51,350 nt of DNA from Pseudobdellovibrionaceae bacterium. Its GTDB lineage: Bacteria > Bdellovibrionota > Bdellovibrionia > Bdellovibrionales > Bdellovibrionaceae. The stretch lies in assembly GCA_044359815.1 (NCBI GenBank), contig JBIKLL010000011.1, positions 1 through 51,350 on the forward strand, given 5' to 3'. This document shows, in pieces, positions 30,395 through 39,184 of this stretch. The notes below the pieces were generated by a model, which was not told the origin of the DNA, did not search any database, and saw only the letters and a list, made by a program, of their open reading frames with translations. Numbering within the stretch: the stretch's first letter is position 1; each line of letters starts with the position of its first letter. The position numbers and the translations under genes were made by a program.

Positions 30395-31115
30395 GGTAGC
30401 TCCTTTTTATAAAAGGTAACTTATCATGGAACTTAAAATTGTTTTTTTGAGATTCAGATTCTTACCTGCAAGGCCTGCTCGATAAGTGCAGACAGGTTGG
30501 TGACTTGTTAATTATAATTTAATAGCGAGCAAATGCTTCAGCTAAAGTGGTCGCCAGTTAGTATTTAGTTTTTATAAATATTTTTCAGGAATTTCGAAAA
30601 AACCTCGTCAAGATCTATTTTTATATTTTCTGCAGTAACGGCGTTGCGGCGAATTTAGAATTTAGCTTTTGGATTATAGCTTTTTGCTTTCAGGTTTCAG
30701 AAAAATATATTGGTGATTTTATTGAAATAGATCAATTGGATACTTTGAAATCGCAGAAAATATTTTTACTTTCAGAAATCACTTCCCCCGGGAAAGATAT
30801 TGTGCGTCAGATGATCAGTGCTTTTTGTGTCCTTATTATTGGATCATTCTTTTTGGAAGAATGGCGTCGTTTTGACAGCAACAGAAGCTTTATTTAATTT
30901 AAATTTAATCAGCTCATTAAGGGTAAGTTTAGCTTCAAGCGCTCCTTGCGTGTAAATTTAATCTCAACCGTTCACTGAATGTAAATTTAATTTCAAGTTT
31001 TTAAATTAAAGTAACAGCTAAAAAAGGCTAGGTCTCTAGAGCAGATCAGAAATTTGTATGACATCAGGCTATTGAATTTGTATCTTATTGAGTAGAGAGA
31101 AAAGGATTTCTATCA

Positions 31116-32135
31116 ATGTCTCAGATGTTAACCGAAGCTAAAGAGGCTTCAAAAAAAATCAGCCAACTGTTGTCTCGAGATGCAGCTTTATACCAAGAAT
31201 TAGCTGATCAATTAATAAAACAAAAACCAAATTTTGTTGCAACTATTGCCAGAGGCAGCTCTGATCATGCGGCCACTTACGCCCAGTATTTGATTCCGAT
31301 GGTGACGGGCAAAGTCGTTGCCTCCATTCCGCCATCCACTGTGACAGTGTTGGATTCAAAGTTGGATTTGAAAAATCAATTTGTCATAGGGATATCGCAA
31401 TCAGGGGTCAGTCCAGATATCTTGAGATCTTTTGAAGCTTGTAAAAAAAGCGGTGCTATTTGTGCTTCAATAGTCAATGATGCGCAATCTCCATTGGCCC
31501 GAGCGGCTCAGTATTTTTTTGATCAGCATGCAGGGGTTGAGCTGGGTTTGGCTGCAACAAAAACAGTGCTGTGCACTCTGACTGTAATCGCCAGGATAGC
31601 GGCTACTTGGTCTCAAGATAAGGCTTTGCAAGCGGGGATTTTAAAATTACCTGAAACCCTTTTGCAAAATTTTAATTTGGGCCTTGCCATTGATCCCAAA
31701 AAATTAATCGGTAGCTCAAATGTTTTTGTGTTGTCGCGGGGACTGGGATTTTCGGCCGCACATGAGTTATCATTGAAAATCAAAGAAACTTGCGGGATTC
31801 ATTCAGAAGCTTTTTCTACGGCAGAAGTCAGGCATGGCCCCAGGGAAATCGTGGATCAAAAATTCACAATCATCGCACTGGCGTTGCCTGGTTCGGGAGA
31901 ACAAGAAATTATTCAGACAGCCAGTGAGCTGCGGGATCAAGGCGCAAGGGTAGTGTTGGTGGCAGAAAAAAAGCACAACCCAGATATCGAACTGATTGCG
32001 GGCACTGATCACAGGTTGTCACCGATTCATGCTTTGCAAACTCTGTATCCATGGATTGCCCAGTCATCAGTGGCGTTGGGGCGCAACCCAGATAAGCCCA
32101 AGCAACTCAAAAGCAAAGTCATCCACACAATTTAG
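31116..32135 (+). CDS. Double-SIS-domain protein (GlmS-like glucosamine-6-phosphate deaminase type)
   Basis: ARGSSDHAA, ISQSGVSPD, AATKT, ELSLKIKET, EVRHGP, GRNPDKP. Confidence 0.85.
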   Translation: MSQMLTEAKEASKKISQLLSRDAALYQELADQLIKQKPNFVATIARGSSDHAATYAQYLIPMVTGKVVASIPPSTVTVLDSKLDLKNQFVIGISQSGVSPDILRSFEACKKSGAICASIVNDAQSPLARAAQYFFDQHAGVELGLAATKTVLCTLTVIARIAATWSQDKALQAGILKLPETLLQNFNLGLAIDPKKLIGSSNVFVLSRGLGFSAAHELSLKIKETCGIHSEAFSTAEVRHGPREIVDQKFTIIALALPGSGEQEIIQTASELRDQGARVVLVAEKKHNPDIELIAGTDHRLSPIHALQTLYPWIAQSSVALGRNPDKPKQLKSKVIHTI

Positions 32136-32335
32136 ATTGCTGGTTCTGCCCTTAAAAAAAATCATCGGTAACATTATTTTGAATTTTGCTTTAATTTTAA
32201 AAGGTTCTCCGCGGAGCCAGGATGGCGGGGGCGCAGCCCGAGCGGATGAAGCACGAGGCTGTAACCTTTTAAAATAGAAGCAAAATTCAAAATAATGTTA
32301 CCGATGATTTTTTAAAGACGATTCGAATCAGCAAT
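32136..32335. repeat. Long intergenic foldback D
   Basis: 32156-32206 vs 32263-32313 reverse-complement 49/51. Outer ATTGCTGGTTC/GAATCAGCAAT. 56-nt GC-rich loop. Confidence 0.95.
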
Positions 32336-33241
32336 TTATTTAACGATATAGACTTTGACCATCTTGCCGTGAGGCATGCCGTTTTTCTGAAACACGGCAC
32401 TTTGATCGCCAAAGCTTGTAAAGATATCGATTTTTCGTTCAACGATCATCGAGCCAACATCATGAGCCCAAAAAATTCCATCGTGAACTTTGCCATTAGG
32501 AAGCTTAATGCCCTTGGCTGCTGGGATGTACAGTTTTGATCCCAGGGGGACGACTTTGGGATCGACGGCTGCTGAACGGAATTCTTTCAGAGGAGTGTTT
32601 CCGTGGCCATACCCAAAAGGGGCTTCTGGTCCGCACCAGCGCCATCGGACTTCAACGCTGCCATCGGGCAATCTCAGTCGAGAATCGAAATTAATCAGCT
32701 TGCCATTTGTTAATATGCCCGTGCCTTCCATTCGAAGCTCTTTGTAAAAGCTTTCGCTCACACTGGTCATAAGGCGTCCTTTGGAATCAAAAAGCTTAAC
32801 ATTTTTTGGTTCGGCTGTTCGTTTTTCAACCGCGACCCAGTAAAATGAAGGGTTGAATTCACCTATGCTTTTAAGTTTGCGGCCAGTTCGGGGTTTGCCA
32901 CCAAAAGCTTTTTGAGCCTGTGTGTTTTGATAAAAAGTTTCTTCCGGTAATTTTGAATTCTCTTCCGCTGTGTCCAGATCTTCGATTTCCCAGTCTGAAT
33001 CTGACAAATCTGCACTTGTAAATTCACTTTCTGAATCAGCAGACATCAATTTCAAACTTTTCTCAGAAAATTCTGATTGAGTCGACTCAGTCGTCTCGCT
33101 GGTAAAAAACTTGCCATGTTCGTCGGCCGTTGGTGTTTCGGCATGAGCGGCCATAAAAGCTGCGGGGATACAGATTGCAAATAAGGTGATGATTAAAAAT
33201 CTTTTCAAGCTTCCCTCCTGGAAGTTCAGAGCTGCTTCCAT
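32336..33241 (-). CDS. 3D-domain (MltA-like) protein
   Basis: SAAVDPKVVPLGS, AHDVGSMI, KIDIF three-Asp motif. N-terminal signal/anchor. Confidence 0.85.
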   Translation of the reverse strand: MEAALNFQEGSLKRFLIITLFAICIPAAFMAAHAETPTADEHGKFFTSETTESTQSEFSEKSLKLMSADSESEFTSADLSDSDWEIEDLDTAEENSKLPEETFYQNTQAQKAFGGKPRTGRKLKSIGEFNPSFYWVAVEKRTAEPKNVKLFDSKGRLMTSVSESFYKELRMEGTGILTNGKLINFDSRLRLPDGSVEVRWRWCGPEAPFGYGHGNTPLKEFRSAAVDPKVVPLGSKLYIPAAKGIKLPNGKVHDGIFWAHDVGSMIVERKIDIFTSFGDQSAVFQKNGMPHGKMVKVYIVK

Positions 33242-34191
33242 GCGCCCTGGTAGTTTCTGACTCGCTTGAAGTTGAGTCTTTCGTAATATTTAAACGCATT
33301 CGTCCAATCTATGCAAATCTGTTTTGTGTTCCTTGACCGGAGTTCCTGCAAAGCTAGACCCAACAACACTTTCCCGCTGCCTTTGCCTCTTTCGGATTCT
33401 GCAACACCGATGGGCCCCAGGCAGCCATCGGAATCCGAAAAAACATTTTCAGCTCCCGGTGGGAATCGGAGTGCCCCCATAGTCCATCCCTGATCCGTTG
33501 GCAGAAAATTTTTGCGCACTCCAATTCGAGCGAAGCCCACGAATTTGCGATCTTTTTTTAATCCAAACCATAGTGCTCTTTTGGTATCCAAACGCTGATC
33601 CCAAATCAAAAACTCTCTCAACCATCGTCCAGGAAATTCAGTTTTTAAAAAATCAATCATCTTGATTTTTTCAATCTGATTATCGATCAATTCAAAATCA
33701 TAATCACCAATGCTTATAGAGTTTATAAGTTCTTGCACTTCATACTGACCGCAGTTTCCAGCCAGGTCTGCAACCTCCATTGTCACATAATTATTTTTTT
33801 GTAGAACAGAAATCAGCTCGGTTTGTTCGCTGGGCACTCCGGGTAAAAAATGAAATTCGTCAGCTCCCCATAACAATTTCTGCATTTGGTTTTCCCTGGC
33901 AAAAGCTTCGATGCTTTTAATCAACTGGGCAGGATTTTTTGTTGGTCCCCACAGCGACACATGCATTTGGTTTTCAGGGATTCCCAGTGTCAGTCCTTCC
34001 TTGGTGGACTTGGCCAACAGCACTGATGTGCCGTCAAAAGATTTAGTTTGATACTGAATCAATCTTTGCTGAGTCAGATTCCATTCCAAATCACAGGAGC
34101 GGATTTGATAGGATTTACTGTTTGATTGATTCCAGATTTCCAGTAGCGATTTGGCGTCTTGCAAAGTGCTTGCGCGGTTGTTTGATTCCAT
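33226..34191 (-). CDS. GNAT family N-acetyltransferase
   Basis: LGPIGVAESERGKGSG, IDWT, YYERLNF. Also HFLPGVP and EFPGRW. Confidence 0.85.
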   Translation of the reverse strand: MESNNRASTLQDAKSLLEIWNQSNSKSYQIRSCDLEWNLTQQRLIQYQTKSFDGTSVLLAKSTKEGLTLGIPENQMHVSLWGPTKNPAQLIKSIEAFARENQMQKLLWGADEFHFLPGVPSEQTELISVLQKNNYVTMEVADLAGNCGQYEVQELINSISIGDYDFELIDNQIEKIKMIDFLKTEFPGRWLREFLIWDQRLDTKRALWFGLKKDRKFVGFARIGVRKNFLPTDQGWTMGALRFPPGAENVFSDSDGCLGPIGVAESERGKGSGKVLLGLALQELRSRNTKQICIDWTNAFKYYERLNFKRVRNYQGAWKQL

Positions 34192-34208
34192 GGTTCAATT
34201 TTATTCAG

Positions 34209-34889
34209 ATGCCCTCAAGAAAGTCGAAAGAAAAATTCAACCTAGTCGTTGCAGCCCACCCAGATGATGAGACTTTATTTTTTGGTGGTCTATTGCAGAA
34301 AAAGCTTAAAGGGCTTAATTGGAAAGTCATCTGTGTAACCAGTGATGGAAATGAAAATCGTTTGTTGGATTTTAAAAAAGCTTGTTCACAATTGTCTGTA
34401 AGGGATAGCGAATGTTGGCAGTATCCCGATGTTTACAGTCAAAGGCTGGCAGTCAGTGATCTGGTAATAAGGCTTCAGTCGTTACCAACCCCTGCGCAGA
34501 TTTTCACCCATTCACCTATGGGTGAATACGGTCATCCTCATCATCAGGATGTCTGTGTGGCAGTTCACAGGGCTTTTCAGGGTCATAAAAATATTTATTC
34601 GGTCGCCTACAATCTGAATCCTGATTTTATAAAACAGCTGGATCAAAAAATGTTTTACAAAAAATCCAAAATACTGATTGAAACCTATAAATCAGAAACT
34701 TCACGGTTTTTAAATATTTTGCCAATCACATTCAGCGAAGGATTTGTAAAACTAAAACATGCTGAGGTCGAAGCCATATACAGTTATTTCACTGATACAG
34801 CACAAGCTTCTGATTTATCAAAACTGCGCCATCATGCCCATCTGATGGGTTATCTGCCCCATCTTAAGAATTTGAAACGACCATTTTAA
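34209..34889 (+). CDS. PIG-L family de-N-acetylase
   Basis: AHPDDE and THSPMGEYGHPHH metal-binding motifs. Start taken at ATG 34209. Confidence 0.85.
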   Translation: MPSRKSKEKFNLVVAAHPDDETLFFGGLLQKKLKGLNWKVICVTSDGNENRLLDFKKACSQLSVRDSECWQYPDVYSQRLAVSDLVIRLQSLPTPAQIFTHSPMGEYGHPHHQDVCVAVHRAFQGHKNIYSVAYNLNPDFIKQLDQKMFYKKSKILIETYKSETSRFLNILPITFSEGFVKLKHAEVEAIYSYFTDTAQASDLSKLRHHAHLMGYLPHLKNLKRPF

Positions 34890-34899
34890 AGGAGTTCTG

Positions 34900-36174
34900 A
34901 TGCTAAAATTTTTTAAAGCCCTCACCAGCAAACGGATGCTTGTGATGTTTTTGATGGGGATATCTTCAGGGCTGCAATTGTCTCTGATTGGTGGAACCTT
35001 GCAGATTTGGATGAGGCGTGAAGAGGTTGACTTAAAAACGATAGGACTATTCGCAGCGGTGGCTTTGCCATTCACATTAAAATTTTTGTGGGCTCCACTA
35101 TTGGACAGGTATTCCCTTCCGTTTTTAGGTCGCCGTAAGGGGTGGTTGTTTTTGTCCCAAGTCGCTTTGATTCTTTGTACTTTGGCCTTGGGGTTTACTA
35201 ATCCAAAAGAAAATTTGCATTTAGTAGCGTTGATTTCATTGATGCTGGCGTTTTTTGGGGCCACCCAAGATATTTTGATCGATGCCCTCAGACGGGAAAC
35301 CATTCCGGATCAGGAACTGGGTTTGGGATCATCAATGTATATGAATGGGTATCACATTGCTTTTCGAATGATCTCAGGGATGCTGGCAATTATTTTGGCA
35401 GATTTTATCAGTTGGTCATTGGTGTATACAGTTATGGCGGGATTTTATTTATTAGGAATTTTGGCGACCTATTTGGTGGAGGAACCCAAGGCTCCGATTG
35501 TACCCAAGACAATTTTGGAAGCTGTATGGCTTCCGTTTAAGGAATTTTTCTCAAGACCTGGGGCCTTAGTTATTTTGTTATTTATTATTTTGTATAAAGT
35601 TGGCGACAACATGGCCGCTCAAATGGCTAATCCCATGTATGTGGATTTGCAATTTACCAATACCGAAATTGCCTCGGTGACCAAAACCTTTGGATGGATT
35701 TCATTGGTATTGGGAACTTTTGTTGGCGCTGCGATGATGTATAAATTGGGACTGAAGCGAGCTTTAATCATTTGTGGGTTATTGCAAGCGATTTCGACCT
35801 ACGGATTTTCTTTGCTGGCCAAGGCCGGTAAAGATTTGGCCATGCTGACGGGTGTGATTGGGTTTGAAAACTTCACGTCGGGGATGGGGACAGCCGCCTT
35901 TGCAGCGTTTATGGCTTTACTAACTAACAAAAGATTCACTGTCACACAGTACGCTTTATTAACCAGCTTTATGGGAATTCCTAGAATCATTCTAACTACA
36001 CCTACAGGCTATATGGCTCAATCAATGGGGTACTTTGGGTTTTTCACATTTTGTACATTCATTGCACTACCTGGGCTATTGATGATTACTTATATGTACA
36101 AGCTTCAGAATGTGGACACGCCTCCGCAGACTGAAGTAGAATCAGCATCTAAAGCTAACAGAGGAAAAGTTTGA
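34900..36174 (+). CDS. ampG: AmpG family muropeptide MFS transporter
   Basis: LKFLWAPLLDRY, LGRRKGW, ATQDILIDA, YKVGD, TQYALLTS. Confidence 0.92.
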   Translation: MLKFFKALTSKRMLVMFLMGISSGLQLSLIGGTLQIWMRREEVDLKTIGLFAAVALPFTLKFLWAPLLDRYSLPFLGRRKGWLFLSQVALILCTLALGFTNPKENLHLVALISLMLAFFGATQDILIDALRRETIPDQELGLGSSMYMNGYHIAFRMISGMLAIILADFISWSLVYTVMAGFYLLGILATYLVEEPKAPIVPKTILEAVWLPFKEFFSRPGALVILLFIILYKVGDNMAAQMANPMYVDLQFTNTEIASVTKTFGWISLVLGTFVGAAMMYKLGLKRALIICGLLQAISTYGFSLLAKAGKDLAMLTGVIGFENFTSGMGTAAFAAFMALLTNKRFTVTQYALLTSFMGIPRIILTTPTGYMAQSMGYFGFFTFCTFIALPGLLMITYMYKLQNVDTPPQTEVESASKANRGKV

Positions 36175-37751
36175 ATCCAAAAGCTGCAGAATTTTTAAAA
36201 GAAGCTTCGCAGTTTCAGCTGGGTCAGTTGCCGACGGAGTCCTTTCATCCAAAAACCATTCATCTGTCAAAATTAGCTACTAATGATTTGCCAGAGGCTC
36301 TGCGATTGTTGGCAGAGGTTGAGCTGGATGCCGCAAAAATTTTAAAAAGCCATCTGCAGGATATTGAAAATTTAAAAAAAGATATTGCTTCTACCATCCA
36401 AAACGGTGGAAGGATTTTTTTATGCGGTTGTGGTGCCACCGGCAGATTAAGCATCAGTCTGGAAACTCTGTGGCGGCAGCAGTTGACACCATCGCACCCG
36501 CAATGTGATCAAATCAGATCCTTTATCGCAGGTGGGGATTTTGCTCTGATTAAATCCATTGAAAATTTTGAGGACCATCCTGAGTTTGGAGTCAGGCAAT
36601 TGCATGATTTAGGATTTTCTAAGAAAGATTTATTGATTGCGACTTCTGAAGGGGGCGAAACACCCTTTGTGATCGGGGCTGCCGAAGAAGCCGCAAAAAT
36701 TTCAGACATAAAACCCTATTTTATGTTTTGTAATCCCAAGGATTTATTGATTGCCACCGCTGACAGGTCCAAGCGGATTATCGAAAACCCCAGAATCAAT
36801 TGCATTAGTTTTTTTACAGGACCCATGGCGATTTCAGGCTCAACCAGGTTGCAGGCCACAACAGTGTTAATGCTGGCAGCGGGTTCGGCGATGTTTTCAT
36901 TTATTCAGAATGTACCTGTTTCTGAAATCATCGAAGAGTTTTTAACAGGGTTGAAATCAACACAGTGGAAATCTCTAGCACCGTTGATTGTTGCAGAAGC
37001 TGAAGCCTACAGGCAAAAAAAACATCTGATTCATATTGCCAGTGACCATGCCATCACAGTTTTGACTGACACAACAGAGCGGACTCCGACATTTAGTTTG
37101 TTGCCGTTTGAAAATCCCCAGTTAAACGAACCCTGCAGTTGGACCTACATGTGTTTGCCAGAAGCTGCTGATTCAAAACAGGCATGGGATAAAATCTTAA
37201 AGCGCCCTCTGAGGTCCATTGAATGGTCTCAGTATAAAAACGAATTCGGTCCAGACAGATCTTTGCAGTATGATTTTAGTGAACAGGCTCTGGTCAGAAG
37301 GACAAAGGCTTTGGCTGGATTGGTAAAATTTGAAGTCATTGATTTACCCAAAGTGGTCCAATTAAAACTCAATCAAGAAGTGTTTGAGCTTACAAAACCG
37401 AAATGTTTGCTGGTAGAGCATTTGTTGTTAAAAGTTGCCATGAATATGTCATCAAGCTTAGTTATGTGTAAACTGGGTCGGGTTTTTGGAAACGTTATGG
37501 TTTATGTCAGGCCTACAAATAAAAAATTAATTGATCGAAGCATCAGGTACGTTAATTTTTTGCTGGAAGAACATGATCTGCATCCACCCAGCTATGAACA
37601 AATCTGTGAATCAGTTTTTGAAGTTTTTGATCAATCGAAGGTGGATGAACCTGTGGTTATGAAAGTTTTTGAAAAATTAAAATCACAGATATCTGCCAAA
37701 AACGGATCAACAAAAATTTTAAACTTATCCAAAGAAAGTTCTAAATCATGA
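36171..37751 (+). CDS. Long MurQ/GCKR-like SIS protein (N-acetylmuramic acid-6-phosphate etherase-like)
   Basis: GCGATGRL, IAGGDFALIKSIENFED, GETPFVIG, SGSTRLQA, GRVFGNVMVYVRPTNKKLIDRS. Confidence 0.75.
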   Translation: MNPKAAEFLKEASQFQLGQLPTESFHPKTIHLSKLATNDLPEALRLLAEVELDAAKILKSHLQDIENLKKDIASTIQNGGRIFLCGCGATGRLSISLETLWRQQLTPSHPQCDQIRSFIAGGDFALIKSIENFEDHPEFGVRQLHDLGFSKKDLLIATSEGGETPFVIGAAEEAAKISDIKPYFMFCNPKDLLIATADRSKRIIENPRINCISFFTGPMAISGSTRLQATTVLMLAAGSAMFSFIQNVPVSEIIEEFLTGLKSTQWKSLAPLIVAEAEAYRQKKHLIHIASDHAITVLTDTTERTPTFSLLPFENPQLNEPCSWTYMCLPEAADSKQAWDKILKRPLRSIEWSQYKNEFGPDRSLQYDFSEQALVRRTKALAGLVKFEVIDLPKVVQLKLNQEVFELTKPKCLLVEHLLLKVAMNMSSSLVMCKLGRVFGNVMVYVRPTNKKLIDRSIRYVNFLLEEHDLHPPSYEQICESVFEVFDQSKVDEPVVMKVFEKLKSQISAKNGSTKILNLSKESSKS

Positions 37752-39118
37752 ATTCTGTGGATTTGTTGGTAAAAGAATTTTCGTCCTTGGTATCGGTTGA
37801 GCCTGATGATTTAAAAAACTACGGCGTTGATTGGACACGGTTTAAAGAGCCTAAGCCCTGTGCAGTCGTGTTTCCGAAAACCACCGAGCAGGTAGCTGAG
37901 GTTTTAAAATTCTGTCATCAAAATAGTATTGCAGTGGTGCCTTCTGGTGGGCGAACAGGATTGTCAGGCGGAGCTTTAGCTGCCAACGGTGAGGTCGTAC
38001 TGTCATTGATCCATTTAAACAAAATTGGACCGATCGAGTTGCTATCAAGCACTTTAACCGTGCAATCAGGCGCTATTACAGAAAGCGTACATCAATACTG
38101 CGAGCCCCATGGTCTGACCTGGCCTGTGGATTTTGGATCCAAGGGTTCCAGCACAGTGGGCGGAAATATTGCCACCAACGCTGGCGGCATTAATGTCATC
38201 AGGTATGGAATGTGTCGCAATTGGATTCTGGGACTGACGGTGGTCACCATGCAGGGTGAGATTTTGAAAATCAATGGGGCTCTGGAAAAAAACAACACAG
38301 GACTTGATTTAAAACATTTGTTTATAGGTACTGAAGGAACCTTGGGTGTGGTGACAGAAGCTGTTTTAAAACTGACTAAATTAGAACCAGATTTGTCTTT
38401 GTATTTTTTTACGGCCCAGGGGTTATCCCAAGTTTTTGAAATTTTAAAATTAGCTCGCAGTTCTGATTTTGTGTTGCATGGATTTGAGGCCTTTTCACAC
38501 AATTGTTTTGAGGCTTCAGTTAGCGGGTTGGGCTTGGCTTCGCCTTTTGAAAAGGCATCCCCCTATTATGTGCTGGTTGAGTGTCTGGGGAAATCCGAAA
38601 ATATAGAGGGCTTTATTGAAGGCGTTTTTGAAAAGCAATTGGTGATTGAGGGGGTGGGAGCCAAATCCACCGAAGAAGGCAGAAATTTTTGGAAAATCCG
38701 TGAAAGCATCGCCGAGTTTTTAGCTCTTAAAGGGCTAAATCATAACAATGATATTTCTGTGCCGGTGGCTGATTTACAGAAATTTATCACCGAATGGGAA
38801 AGTTTGTTTAGCATCAAGTATCCAAACTGGGAGCTGTATGTTTTTGGACATTTTGGCGATGGCAATTTACACATTCACGCCGTTAAGCCCCCAGATTTGA
38901 GTGTGGATGATTTTTATAAAAACACCCAGAAAGTCGATGCTGATTTGTTTAATCTGGTCAGAAAATTCGGGGGCAGTGTTTCTGCAGAGCATGGAATTGG
39001 TGTTTTAAAAAAGCCCTATTTAAAATATTCAAAATCTGAACAGGAAATCGAGATTTTCAGGCAGGTAAAAAGAATTTTAGATCCTAAGAATTTATTGAAT
39101 CCTGGCAAAATCATCTGA
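37748..39118 (+). CDS. FAD-linked oxidase (D-lactate/D-2-hydroxyacid dehydrogenase family)
   Basis: PSGGRTGLSGG, GGNIATNAGG, GTEGTLG, FGHFGDGNLH, SAEHGIG, LNPGK. Confidence 0.9.
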   Translation: MNSVDLLVKEFSSLVSVEPDDLKNYGVDWTRFKEPKPCAVVFPKTTEQVAEVLKFCHQNSIAVVPSGGRTGLSGGALAANGEVVLSLIHLNKIGPIELLSSTLTVQSGAITESVHQYCEPHGLTWPVDFGSKGSSTVGGNIATNAGGINVIRYGMCRNWILGLTVVTMQGEILKINGALEKNNTGLDLKHLFIGTEGTLGVVTEAVLKLTKLEPDLSLYFFTAQGLSQVFEILKLARSSDFVLHGFEAFSHNCFEASVSGLGLASPFEKASPYYVLVECLGKSENIEGFIEGVFEKQLVIEGVGAKSTEEGRNFWKIRESIAEFLALKGLNHNNDISVPVADLQKFITEWESLFSIKYPNWELYVFGHFGDGNLHIHAVKPPDLSVDDFYKNTQKVDADLFNLVRKFGGSVSAEHGIGVLKKPYLKYSKSEQEIEIFRQVKRILDPKNLLNPGKII

Positions 39119-39184
39119 ATGAAGCTTTTTCACAAGAGCTAATCAGCAGTTAATCAATTAATAATTTTTTGCTATAGTGCTTTC

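Noticed and set aside
30570..30770. Several 9-11 bp inverted matches upstream of the HNH gene
   Set aside because: They are AT-rich and not nested in a consistent order, so cannot be distinguished from chance by eye.
28143..31115. Integrative island at tRNA-Pro
   Set aside because: No integrase is present and I saw no duplicated tRNA 3' end downstream.
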